Positions 28,086-35,899 of a stretch of DNA of 43,039 bases are shown one piece after another. A program made the translations under genes and the position numbers. The DNA comes from a virus (taxonomy: Duplodnaviria; Caudoviricetes), in IMG/VR virus record IMGVR_UViG_3300049982_000091, positions 1 through 43,039 of that record; one strand, given 5' to 3'. Each line of letters starts with the position of its first letter. Position 1 is the stretch's first letter. Under the pieces are notes generated by a model, which saw nothing but the letters and a program-made list of their open reading frames with translations, had not been told where the DNA came from and ran no database searches.

Positions 28086-28417
28086 GACGCCACCGCCGCA
28101 TCCTGCGCGGTCACGGTCGGGTCGAACGTGCCGTGGGCCTCGGCCCGTTCGCGGGCGATCACGCGGTCCCAGTGCTGGACCAGCACCTGCTTATGGGCCG
28201 CCGCGCGTTCGTGGCCTTCGGCGATCCGCTCGCCCTCTTCCAGCTCGCGCTCGGCGGCGGCCTTCGCCGCCTCGCGAGCGGCGGCGGCGTCGAGGGCCGC
28301 GCGCTGGGCGGCGGCGACCAGGACGTCGCGGTGTTGCAGCATCGGGCCGACGATCTCGGCCGGGTCGACGGCGGCCGGGTCGATGCCGGTCAGGTCGACG
28401 GGGTACGGCTCAGACAT
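28082..28417 (-). CDS. Hypothetical helical protein
   Basis: GGAAGGA RBS; operon packing. Confidence 0.6.
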   Translation of the reverse strand: MSEPYPVDLTGIDPAAVDPAEIVGPMLQHRDVLVAAAQRAALDAAAAREAAKAAAERELEEGERIAEGHERAAAHKQVLVQHWDRVIARERAEAHGTFDPTVTAQDAAVAS

Positions 28418-29441
28418 TGGCGGTGGTCCTTCCAGCGGTGAGAGCGGCGATACGGTCCTTCGCCTGGGCGGTCAGGTCGTCGGTCCAGGCGGCGACGTGG
28501 CGGGCCCAAATGGCCTCGATGGTGGCGCGGTCGGGGGCGCCGGCGATCAGCGCGGCCAGGTCGGGCTCGACGTGCGGCCACTCCTCGAAAAGGTCCTTCC
28601 GCTTACGCCACTCCTCGACGTCGACCACGGTCCGGACCGCGTCCCAACCGGCGGCGATGTCGACCCAATAGAGCGAGCCGGTACCGGTACCGGCGGGAAG
28701 GTGGCAGACGATCGCGCGGTCCTGGTCGACGCCGAGGGGCGTCCGGGCGGCGGCGGCCTGCTCGGCGGTGTACTCGATCCACTTGCCGTCGGCGTCCTTC
28801 GCCGGGCCGGGCGCGGCGTAGACCACCGACCGGGAGTAGATCGCGAGCTGGATTGCGATCTTCAGCTCGGCGTAGGTGATCGATCCGGTCTTCAGGTCAT
28901 CGATGTACGTCCGGCCCAGGTACTCGGCCGTACGGTCGTGGGTCCCCCCGATGCGCAGGCCATCTAGCACGGTGAAGCGCTCGATGCCGGTTACCTTCAG
29001 CGGCGCCATCGCCTCGCGGTAGGCGAGTAGGTCGTTGACGTACTCGGCCGGGACGGGCGGCAGCGGTTCGCCGCGGTCGATGTACTCGGTCAGCTTGTGG
29101 AGTGACGTCCCGATCGAGGCGGCGACGCCTGCCTTCGCGGCGTCCATGGCGTCGCGGACGATCCCGTCGAGGGCCTTTTTGTCGTCGCGGTGGGCGTTGA
29201 CCGACAAGATCAGATCGGGGCGGCCGGCGACGCCGATCGCGGTCATGCGCTGCTTCCAGCGCGTCAGCCCGTACTCATCCTCGATCTTCCCGGCGAACGT
29301 CGTACACCTGGTGTACGGCACGGCCCGGCCGCCCTCGGGCGGGACGATCAGCGGCCGGCCGAGGTGGTCTCGGTCGACCTTCTCGATCAGCGGCGTCGTG
29401 TCGATCGAGTCCCAGTCGAAACCGGGTCGTACGGCGTTCAT
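28410..29441 (-). CDS. PD-(D/E)XK exonuclease (Cas4/RecB-like recombination nuclease)
   Basis: GTSLH, E, GTHDR, DLKTG and QLAIYS motifs. Confidence 0.85.
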   Translation of the reverse strand: MNAVRPGFDWDSIDTTPLIEKVDRDHLGRPLIVPPEGGRAVPYTRCTTFAGKIEDEYGLTRWKQRMTAIGVAGRPDLILSVNAHRDDKKALDGIVRDAMDAAKAGVAASIGTSLHKLTEYIDRGEPLPPVPAEYVNDLLAYREAMAPLKVTGIERFTVLDGLRIGGTHDRTAEYLGRTYIDDLKTGSITYAELKIAIQLAIYSRSVVYAAPGPAKDADGKWIEYTAEQAAAARTPLGVDQDRAIVCHLPAGTGTGSLYWVDIAAGWDAVRTVVDVEEWRKRKDLFEEWPHVEPDLAALIAGAPDRATIEAIWARHVAAWTDDLTAQAKDRIAALTAGRTTANV

Positions 29442-29719
29442 GGCGTCATCCCCCTGTCTGCTTCGCGCTGCTGCTGCGCGTGCGGGTCGCAGAGCAGGCG
29501 CGTCGTGATGCCTGCCGTGCGCTTGTGGCGGGCCTTCAGCGGCGCCGGACCGTGGCCGCCGTTCTGGTGCAGGTAGGCCAGGCAGTCGTCGCAGTGCGCG
29601 GCGACCTTCGGCCGGTACTTCGCCCACACCGGCCGGGCAGTCGAGGGCGACGTCCTGGGCGCGGGCCGCGCCGACGGCTCGGGCACGTCGAACATCGGCG
29701 GCGTGTCGGCGGCGGTCAC
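29438..29719 (-). CDS. Hypothetical Zn-binding protein
   Basis: CDDC...LCDPHA; GTGA/ATGA overlaps. Confidence 0.6.
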   Translation of the reverse strand: MTAADTPPMFDVPEPSARPAPRTSPSTARPVWAKYRPKVAAHCDDCLAYLHQNGGHGPAPLKARHKRTAGITTRLLCDPHAQQQREADRGMTP

Positions 29720-30264
29720 GCGGCGGCCCTGCTCGGCCAGGCGTTGATCGCGGGGAGGGTCCGACGGTGCGTCTTCGGCATGCCACACAACGGCACGCCG
29801 GCGCGGTCGAGGGCGGCGGCCAGCATGGTGAAGGCGTCCGCTTCGTTGTTGTTGGCGATGGCGGCCAGCGGCCAGCGGTTCACCGCGGCCACCAGGACGT
29901 CGTCCTTCGAGGCGCCGCCGTTGCCGGTGGCGTAGACCTTGACCGAACCGGGCGTCATGACCAACAGCGGGACGTAGTTACGCCACAAGCGCCAGGTGAC
30001 GTTCCACCACAGGCCCGCGCGTTCATGGTGGCCGCGCTGGCCCTTCGCTGAGCCGTACGACGGGCCCTCGATGATGGCCAGGTCGACCTGGCCTCGCGCG
30101 GCCTGGCCATAGACCGCGCCGGTGATCTCGTGCAAGCGCCCGTGCGGGTCGCTCGCGGCGGTCTTGGGCTTGTAGGTCTCGGTCCAGGGCTTCGGCCAGT
30201 TGCCGGCCAGGCCCGTGGCGGTCAGGGACAGGTCGATCGCGAGGACCCGAGGGGCGTCGGCCAT
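29716..30264 (-). CDS. RuvC-like Holliday junction resolvase
   Basis: AIDLSLTATG, IEG, VKVYATGNGGASK and NEADA motifs. Confidence 0.88.
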   Translation of the reverse strand: MADAPRVLAIDLSLTATGLAGNWPKPWTETYKPKTAASDPHGRLHEITGAVYGQAARGQVDLAIIEGPSYGSAKGQRGHHERAGLWWNVTWRLWRNYVPLLVMTPGSVKVYATGNGGASKDDVLVAAVNRWPLAAIANNNEADAFTMLAAALDRAGVPLCGMPKTHRRTLPAINAWPSRAAA

Positions 30265-30452
30265 CAGGCGCTCGCCTCGACCTTGCACTCTTCGACGTAG
30301 GCCGCGAGCGAGTCGGCGTCGATCCGGTAGTGGCCGTTGACGCCGGCGCCCTTGATGGCGGCGAGTCGCCCCGACTTGATCAGGCGCGTTACCTGCCACC
30401 GCGAGATGTTCAGCGTGTGACAGACCTGGCGCGTCGACAGGTAGGTAGTCAT
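30264..30452 (-). CDS. Xis/Cro-like HTH protein
   Basis: YLSTRQVCHTLNISRWQVTRLIKSGRLAA...YRI; first gene divergent from the repressor. Confidence 0.8.
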   Translation of the reverse strand: MTTYLSTRQVCHTLNISRWQVTRLIKSGRLAAIKGAGVNGHYRIDADSLAAYVEECKVEASA

Positions 30453-30490
30453 ATGCGCCCCCGTGTGATTGATGGGGTGTTTGATACACA

Positions 30491-30591
30491 CACGCTACAA
30501 CCTGCTACAACGTGCCGCAACATGCGACAAGCCGTGACAGATGTCAGGGGCGGCCTGTCACAACTCCTAACAACTTGCTACAACTACGGGT
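30491..30591. promoter_or_regulatory. Genetic switch: divergent promoters with 10-bp phased ACAAC repeats
   Basis: Leftward TTGCGG-17-TAGCGT; rightward CTGTCA-18-(TGc)TACAAC; GCTACAAC-like units at 10-bp period. Confidence 0.7.
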
Positions 30592-30963
30592 ATGGATGAG
30601 ACGAGCGCACCCGCACGCCCTCTCTTCGATCGGATCGAGTCAATCCGCGCGAACGCCGGCATGACGAAGACCCGATTGTCGGAAATCACGGGGTTGCCAC
30701 GGGCCACCATCGAGCGATGGCGGGACCAACCACGCCCACCGCTACCCGAGTCGGTGATGAAGGCCGCCGACGCCCTCGGGATCGACCGCGGCGAGGCGCT
30801 ACGCCTCGCCGGAATCCTCGACGGCGTCCCGCCCCCGCTGGACCGAGACGGCGCAGTGGCCGAGCTGCGCGCGAAGCTGGCCGAGATCAGCGCCAGCTCG
30901 GCCGAGATCGAGCGGCGCCTGGCCGAGCTGGAGCGCAAAAACCGACGCCCTAAGGCGGGCTGA
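30592..30963 (+). CDS. Immunity repressor, XRE-type HTH with C-terminal coiled coil
   Basis: RANAGMTKTRLSEITGLPRATIERW...AADALGIDRGEALRLAG; divergent from the early operon. Confidence 0.8.
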   Translation: MDETSAPARPLFDRIESIRANAGMTKTRLSEITGLPRATIERWRDQPRPPLPESVMKAADALGIDRGEALRLAGILDGVPPPLDRDGAVAELRAKLAEISASSAEIERRLAELERKNRRPKAG

Positions 30964-31063
30964 CGGTTGGGGTTTACGCAAACCCAAGCGAGGCCCTAAC
31001 TTGTCAGGCGCATGTGGTGTCATCAGGCGTTACGTCTGGACACGGAGTGGAGGGGGGGTTTAG

Positions 31064-31837
31064 TTGACGATCGAGTTGCGCCAACTACGTGAGTTGGAGA
31101 TTGAGGCCGACCGAGCCGTGGCGCGAGCAGTCGCGGCCAGGGACCGGGTGCGGGCCCTGATCGCCGAGCATGAACAGGCCGAGGCTGAGGACGACGCGCA
31201 GCGCCGCCGCCGGCGGTTCCGCGTGATCGCGCTTCCTGCCGCGCTCGGGATCGGCGTCGCCGCGGCCCGTACGGTGGCCGATGCCTCCTCGAAGACCGTC
31301 GTGGCGGTGGCGGCCAGTAGCACGGTGGCGGCCACGGTCGTGGCGGCGGTGTACCTCGGGCACGCCGGCGGCGGGAACGGGCCGCAGCAGCACGACGCGT
31401 CCAGTCAGCCGAGCAGGCCGGCGGTCGCCGCGCCCGCGCCTCGGTTGCCCCACAAGGCCACGCCGACGCCCACACCGCCCTCGGCCACGCCGACGCCGCC
31501 GGCCGATAGCCCACCGCCGCCGTCGACCAGCCCGCTACCGGGCGTGGACCTTCCCGTCGATGACAGCGCGCCACCAGCGCCGGACCTGCCGCTGCCGGAC
31601 TCCTCGCCCCCCGCCGCAGACACCCACCCCACGCATCCCGCGCACCCTGCGAAGCCCCCGCACGCGGCCCACCCCGAACACCCTGCGAAGCCCCCGCACG
31701 CGGCCCACCCCGCGAAGCCCTCGGCGCTGCTGCCGGCCGCGCCGCTGGTCCAGGTCGACCTCATGCGACAGCGCGTGACCGTGCGGCCTGGCGCGCTCCT
31801 GCCGCGCCTGCTCGGCCAGCACCGACCGGCCGCCTGA
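31064..31837 (+). CDS. Membrane-anchored Pro/His-rich protein
   Basis: GGAGG upstream of TTG; coiled coil, Arg patch, TM segments, HPAKPPHAA repeats. Confidence 0.55.
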   Translation: MTIELRQLRELEIEADRAVARAVAARDRVRALIAEHEQAEAEDDAQRRRRRFRVIALPAALGIGVAAARTVADASSKTVVAVAASSTVAATVVAAVYLGHAGGGNGPQQHDASSQPSRPAVAAPAPRLPHKATPTPTPPSATPTPPADSPPPPSTSPLPGVDLPVDDSAPPAPDLPLPDSSPPAADTHPTHPAHPAKPPHAAHPEHPAKPPHAAHPAKPSALLPAAPLVQVDLMRQRVTVRPGALLPRLLGQHRPAA

Positions 31838-31850
31838 CCCTCCGAACGTC

Positions 31851-31882
31851 GAAGCCCTCGCACCCATCGGTGCGAGGGCTTC
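31851..31882. terminator. Terminator between convergent genes
   Basis: GAAGCCCTCGCACC-cat c-GGTGCGAGGGCTTC (14-bp stem, 4-nt loop). Confidence 0.75.
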
Positions 31883-31920
31883 CTGGCGTCTGCCTTGACA
31901 ATGTAAAGGCGGTGGGCTGG

Positions 31921-32976
31921 TCACCCTGCCGCGAGGTGGCGAGGGTGGCAGCGCGGGCAGGGCCTACCGGCGCCGAAGTCGTCGGCGCTGCCGTCGTTGA
32001 CGTACAGATACCGGTCGCTGGGCACGGCGGGGTCGTGGCGAGGGTCATCACACCGCGGCGGCAGCGCGGGCGCTGACGGCGCCGAGGCGGCCTCGGTGGC
32101 AGCGCCCCACCACGGGCCATCGACGGCGAGCCGGTTGGGGTGAACGGTCGCAGCGTCGGCGGCGAGGACCAGCAGCGCGGGCCCACGCTGGGCGGCAGGG
32201 TGCGCGAGCACCTCGGGCCGCGCGAGGGCGTCTCGGATCGAGGCGACCGACCAGGCCGGCCGCAACGCCCGGACGGCAGTGATCAGTGCGTCGTGTTCTC
32301 CTCGGAGGTCTCCCCCCCCGTTCTGGGCCTCGGCCGCCGCGGTGCCGGTGTGACTCGCGAGGGGCGCGTGGGGGGGTTGTTGTTCTTGTTTAAGTTCTTC
32401 TAGTTGGGGTGCGCTGGGGCGCAGTACCGGGGTGCGTTCTGGCGCAGTACGTAGTGCGTTTGAACGCACTACGGGCCGGCCTGGGGAAACACCCTTCCCG
32501 CCCTGCTCGCGCCGTGCTGCGTTTGAACGCACTACGGGCCGAGCTGCGGAAACGTCGGCCTTCAGGCGCCGGTGGAAGTCGCCGACCGAGCGCGGGCCGG
32601 TGAAGGCGTCCGGCGGGTTGTGGCGCAGGATGTACCGGTTACGGGACCGCATCCCGGCGCTGCTGTAGGTCTGGACGACGTCGAGGGCGCCCGCCTTGAC
32701 CAGCTCGGCGATGTAGGTCGACACGGTCCGGGCCTGCTTCAGGCCGGGGAACGCCTGGCGCATCTGCTCCAGGGTCGGGTAGGCCACGCGGTCGCCGCGC
32801 TGGGCGTTCACGTGGCCGAGCAGCAGGGCATACGTCTTCAGCGCGTTACCGGACACGGCGAACATCAACCATTGCGGCACCATGACCCACGGGGCGACGT
32901 CGCCGGCCATGTGGATCTCGATGACGTCGCCGTCGTCGGGTGCGTCGCCGTTGTCGGCGCCGCTTGCTATGGTCAT
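31921..32976 (-). CDS. HTH replication initiator (lambda O / plasmid Rep-like)
   Basis: WVMVPQWL..VSGNALKTYALL...AYPT...TVSTYIAELVKAGAL...NRYIL winged helix; internal iterons; C-terminal Cys/His cluster; AGAGGAG RBS. Confidence 0.75.
   Translation of the reverse strand: MTIASGADNGDAPDDGDVIEIHMAGDVAPWVMVPQWLMFAVSGNALKTYALLLGHVNAQRGDRVAYPTLEQMRQAFPGLKQARTVSTYIAELVKAGALDVVQTYSSAGMRSRNRYILRHNPPDAFTGPRSVGDFHRRLKADVSAARPVVRSNAARREQGGKGVSPGRPVVRSNALRTAPERTPVLRPSAPQLEELKQEQQPPHAPLASHTGTAAAEAQNGGGDLRGEHDALITAVRALRPAWSVASIRDALARPEVLAHPAAQRGPALLVLAADAATVHPNRLAVDGPWWGAATEAASAPSAPALPPRCDDPRHDPAVPSDRYLYVNDGSADDFGAGRPCPRCHPRHLAAG
32377..32541. repeat. Intragenic iterons plus AT-rich tract (second origin)
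   Basis: Four 19-bp units at 32409, 32432, 32454 and 32517; T-rich tract at 32377-32405. Confidence 0.75.
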
Positions 32977-32979
32977 CTG

Positions 32980-33065
32980 AGACGTACTCCTCTTAGGGTT
33001 CTGGCGAATCTGTGGGGCGTCGGGCCCGCACCTGGTGGCGACCGGGGGCGGGCCTTCTGTTTTTT
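32980..33065 (+). ncRNA. Candidate antisense copy-control RNA opposite the rep leader
   Basis: Extended -10 TGCTATGGT (32965-32973) and a hairpin plus T-tract (33023-33065), both on the strand opposite the flanking genes. Confidence 0.5.
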
Positions 33066-33366
33066 ACGGGTCCATGGTTTTGGACCGTAGACCTGCGCGG
33101 ACAGTGGGGCCAGCGTCACGCGCCGTCGAGGCGTCGCCGGCCGCCGCCTCGGCTTCCAGCTCGCGGACGTGCTGCCATGCCAGGTCGGCCACCTCGGCGG
33201 CGTCGGCCACCTGGTCGCGCTCGGCGATGGCGGACAGGACGGTGGCCTTCCTGCGGTGGTAGGCGAGGCGCTCGGCCACGGGCACGTCGTGGCGCTGGCC
33301 GAGGTCGAGGGCGATCCGGGCCAGCTCGCCGATCTCCTCGGCCAGGCTCGGCAGCTCGGCCGCCAT
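33064..33366 (-). CDS. Hypothetical protein
   Basis: ERLAYHRRKATVLSAIA; TGATG overlap. Confidence 0.65.
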   Translation of the reverse strand: MAAELPSLAEEIGELARIALDLGQRHDVPVAERLAYHRRKATVLSAIAERDQVADAAEVADLAWQHVRELEAEAAAGDASTARDAGPTVRAGLRSKTMDP

Positions 33367-33722
33367 CAGGACGCCGCCGTTCCGTCGAGGGTGGCCACTG
33401 CGTGGTCGATGGCGTCGGCGAGCTGGCCGTTACCGAGGACGCGCAGCAGGGCGGCGACCGAGGGCGCCTCGCGCGGCGTCAGCAGCGCTACGCCGCTGAA
33501 GCCTCGGCCGCCGTGGTCCGTGCCCGAGTGAACGATGCTGATCCGGTTCTCGCCGGGCCGCTCGCCGCCGGCCAGGAAGACGTTGATATGGACATCGCGC
33601 TGGCCGTCGGCGCTGGTGGTGATCGGCGCCGTCGTAGCGGTGCCGCTGTGGATCGTGGCGACGTGGGCGGGTTCGTCGGCGTGATCGGTCATGCACCAGT
33701 TCGGGCATGGGGTGTTGGGCAT
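33366..33722 (-). CDS. Hypothetical protein (CPxWCxxxH motif, DUF6907-like)
   Basis: PCPNWCMTDH...H...LTPREA; GAGAGGA RBS. Confidence 0.65.
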   Translation of the reverse strand: MPNTPCPNWCMTDHADEPAHVATIHSGTATTAPITTSADGQRDVHINVFLAGGERPGENRISIVHSGTDHGGRGFSGVALLTPREAPSVAALLRVLGNGQLADAIDHAVATLDGTAAS

Positions 33723-33740
33723 GGTGCTGGTCCTCTCGGG

Positions 33741-34502
33741 TTACTGGTCGGCGGTCAGGTCGTAGGTCACGGGCCACGTGCGGCCGGGGGCGATGACGTC
33801 CACGCCGTACTCGATCGGCGCCCCGTCGATGTCGGTCACCTCGGACCCGATCACCAGGACGGCGGCCGGCGACTCCAGGCCGAACGCCTCGGTCTCCTCG
33901 GGCGTGGCGAGGCGGGCCTGGGCGGTGGCCACCGCGGTGGCGGCAGTGCGGCCGGTGGCGGCCCGTACGGCGCCGATGGTCCCGCCCTCGATCGGCGCCA
34001 CGTCGAGCAGCTCGGGCGCCGCCTCGGCCAGGTCGCCGTCGAGCCACGACGTCGAGATGGCGGCCAGGCCGCGGTCATCGATGAAGTGCCGCACGCGCCG
34101 GACCGCGGCGGCGCCCTGCTCCAGGCCCAGGGCGGCCTCGACGTAGGCAGGGGCGCCGCTCAGCTCGGCCGATTGGATCTCTGACCGCTCCCCCGGCCGC
34201 GTGGCGCGCCCTGTGGCCAGCATCCGGCGCCACCGCTCGCCGCCGGTCTGGGCGGTCGTCGTGGGCGTGGCCACGGTCGACACGACGCCGTGACCGCCGA
34301 TCAGCAGGCCCTCGGCGCGCAGCGCAGACAGTGCCTTATCGGCGGTCGCATGGCTGACGCCGTACTGGGCTGCGAGGGCCCGCACGCTTGGGACGCGGTC
34401 GCCAGGCCGAAGGGTGCCGTTCTCGATCTGCTCGCGCAGCGCCTCGGCGATCTGCGCGTACGGCGGTACCCGCTGGATCTTCGCGGGCTTGTCCTCGGTC
34501 AT
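33741..34502 (-). CDS. korA: GntR (HutC/UTRA) repressor, KorA/TraR type
   Basis: PPYAQIAEALREQIENGTLRPGDRVPSVRALAAQYGVS..TA.KAL..LRAEGL plus UTRA-like C-terminus; divergent from the transfer operon. Confidence 0.85.
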   Translation of the reverse strand: MTEDKPAKIQRVPPYAQIAEALREQIENGTLRPGDRVPSVRALAAQYGVSHATADKALSALRAEGLLIGGHGVVSTVATPTTTAQTGGERWRRMLATGRATRPGERSEIQSAELSGAPAYVEAALGLEQGAAAVRRVRHFIDDRGLAAISTSWLDGDLAEAAPELLDVAPIEGGTIGAVRAATGRTAATAVATAQARLATPEETEAFGLESPAAVLVIGSEVTDIDGAPIEYGVDVIAPGRTWPVTYDLTADQ

Positions 34503-34540
34503 CTCGGGCCTTCCTTGTCATGGTGTCAGCGACTCCCAGA

Positions 34541-34587
34541 ATCCTAGCCGCTATTGCTTGACACTGTCTAGGACACTAGGACAGTAT
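34541..34587. promoter_or_regulatory. Overlapping divergent promoters and probable GntR operator
   Basis: Rightward TTGACA-18-CAGTAT; leftward TAGACA-18-TAGGAT; tandem CTAGGACA x2 within ACTGTC...GACAGT. Confidence 0.75.
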
Positions 34588-34594
34588 GAGGTCT

Positions 34595-34870
34595 TGTAAG
34601 GCAAGGGACCACGCGGTGAGAGCCGAAGGGCCCCCGGCCTCCGGATCTTGAGAACTTCACATAGGACCCGTCGCCCCCACCAGGGGCGCGAACAGTAGGC
34701 CGGCCGTAGGGCATCCGGTCCACACCAGGGCCGAACCGTTCGCCGGTCGGCCACGCCATGACCCCCCTCGGGGCGAGCGTGACCGCGGTCCTGGCCCGCT
34801 TCGGCGGGGGAACAGTCCGCGCGGCGACCGCCGTACGGGCCGCACCCCAACCGAAAGGCATCACCACCAC
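34595..34870 (+). ncRNA. Long structured leader with boxA-like motif
   Basis: GAGA and C(UUCG)G tetraloop hairpins, further stems, TCTTGAGAACTTCACATAG at 34646. Confidence 0.45.
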
Positions 34871-35008
34871 ATGACCGAGATTCTGTCCCTGCGCGAGATC
34901 GAGATCCTGACCGGCATCTGCAACGAGTTTCACGATTGCGCGAGCAACTGCGGCGAGCGCGAGCTGGCCCGCCGGCAGGAATGGGAGCGCGAACAGCCTG
35001 CTGCGTGA
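34871..35008 (+). CDS. 45-aa Cys/His peptide (cassette 1)
   Basis: MTEILSLREIEILTGICNEFHDCASNCGERELARRQEWEREQPAA; GAAAGG RBS. Confidence 0.6.
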   Translation: MTEILSLREIEILTGICNEFHDCASNCGERELARRQEWEREQPAA

Positions 35009-35071
35009 GCGTGAGCCGGCGGGGCCCGTCGAGTACGGGCCCCGCCGGGTCGAGTCAGGCCGCACCCCAAC
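35003..35071 (+). repeat. About 70-bp hairpin-containing intergenic repeat, copy A
   Basis: Near-identical to 35295-35364. Confidence 0.9.
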
Positions 35072-35084
35072 CGAAGGGCACCAC

Positions 35085-35285
35085 ATGAAGATGGTCGACC
35101 GGCACCGGAAAGCGCAGGACGACGCGTACCTCAAGGATGCGGAAGCGCGTGAGGCTGACGAACCGGGAGCCACAGAAAACGCGAGGGCCGCTCTGGAGCG
35201 GGCCGCCGCGAGGCGGCTGGAAGAGGAGAGCGACCAGCCGCGCACCCCGGTCAGGGATGCGATGCGTAAGCAGGGACTGATCTGA
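35085..35285 (+). CDS. 66-aa hypothetical protein (cassette 2)
   Basis: GAAGGG RBS directly after the repeat. Confidence 0.65.
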   Translation: MKMVDRHRKAQDDAYLKDAEAREADEPGATENARAALERAAARRLEEESDQPRTPVRDAMRKQGLI

Positions 35286-35294
35286 CCCCCGCTG

Positions 35295-35364
35295 GCGTGA
35301 GCGTGAGCCGGCCGGGCCCGTCGAGTACGGGCCCGCGCCGGGTCGAGTCAGGCCGCACCCCAAC
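35295..35364 (+). repeat. About 70-bp hairpin-containing intergenic repeat, copy B
   Basis: Near-identical to 35003-35071. Confidence 0.9.
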
Positions 35365-35379
35365 AGAGAGGACCAGAAC

Positions 35380-35643
35380 ATGGACACATCACCGGAAGCG
35401 CACTTCAATCTCGGCGAGCAGCACCTGAAGGCCGCCGACCGGATGGCCTCCGTCGACTTCGAGGCGGCGGTGTCTTACGGCGTCCTGGCCCGCGCGCACT
35501 TCGATGCGGCCCGGACGGCGAAGGCACTCGGCCTCGACGTCCCGGCCGAGGCGCCCGAGGCGCCGAAGGGCCCGCTGGCCCGCCCCAACTCCTCGGGCCC
35601 GTTCTTCTCCTGGATGGACAACGGCGGTATCGGCGATGACTGA
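35380..35643 (+). CDS. 87-aa hypothetical protein (cassette 3)
   Basis: GAGAGGA RBS directly after the repeat. Confidence 0.65.
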   Translation: MDTSPEAHFNLGEQHLKAADRMASVDFEAAVSYGVLARAHFDAARTAKALGLDVPAEAPEAPKGPLARPNSSGPFFSWMDNGGIGDD

Positions 35644-35899
35644 CCCGCGCATCGCCGACATGACGCTGGCCCAGGTCGGCGAAGTGGTCTTCATGATCGC
35701 CCCGGCCGAGGACGGCAGCGGCTGGGCGGTGAACTCCTGGTGGGGCGGCGAGGACCCACACCGCGACGCCCCGGCCGGCGAGGCCACCGCGCCGACGATC
35801 GAGCAGGGCATGGCCGCCGCCCTGAAGGACATGACCGAGGACGCCACCGAGGAAGAGCCGGACATGGACGGGCCCGTTGGTGGCCCGGTGGTCCGGTGA
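35636..35899 (+). CDS. Acidic hypothetical protein
   Basis: MTDPRIADMTLAQV...; overlaps both neighbours. Confidence 0.6.
   Translation: MTDPRIADMTLAQVGEVVFMIAPAEDGSGWAVNSWWGGEDPHRDAPAGEATAPTIEQGMAAALKDMTEDATEEEPDMDGPVGGPVVR

Noticed and set aside
28410-29441. cas4 gene of a CRISPR system
   Set aside because: No Fe-S Cys cluster pattern; sits in the phage recombination/replication operon.
30264-30452. Excisionase implying an integrative lifestyle
   Set aside because: No integrase or attP-like site seen on the circle; its position fits a Cro-like role.
30964-31063. dif-like dimer-resolution site
   Set aside because: An imperfect inverted repeat is present (TTGGGGTTT..AAACCCAA) but no TTATGT.AA XerD arm; none noticed elsewhere by eye.
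34595-34870. tRNA or tmRNA gene
   Set aside because: No cloverleaf, GTTCGAA T-loop or CCA end recognisable.
35003-35364. CRISPR array
   Set aside because: Only two full repeats of about 70 bp, separated by a gene with an RBS; no cas operon.
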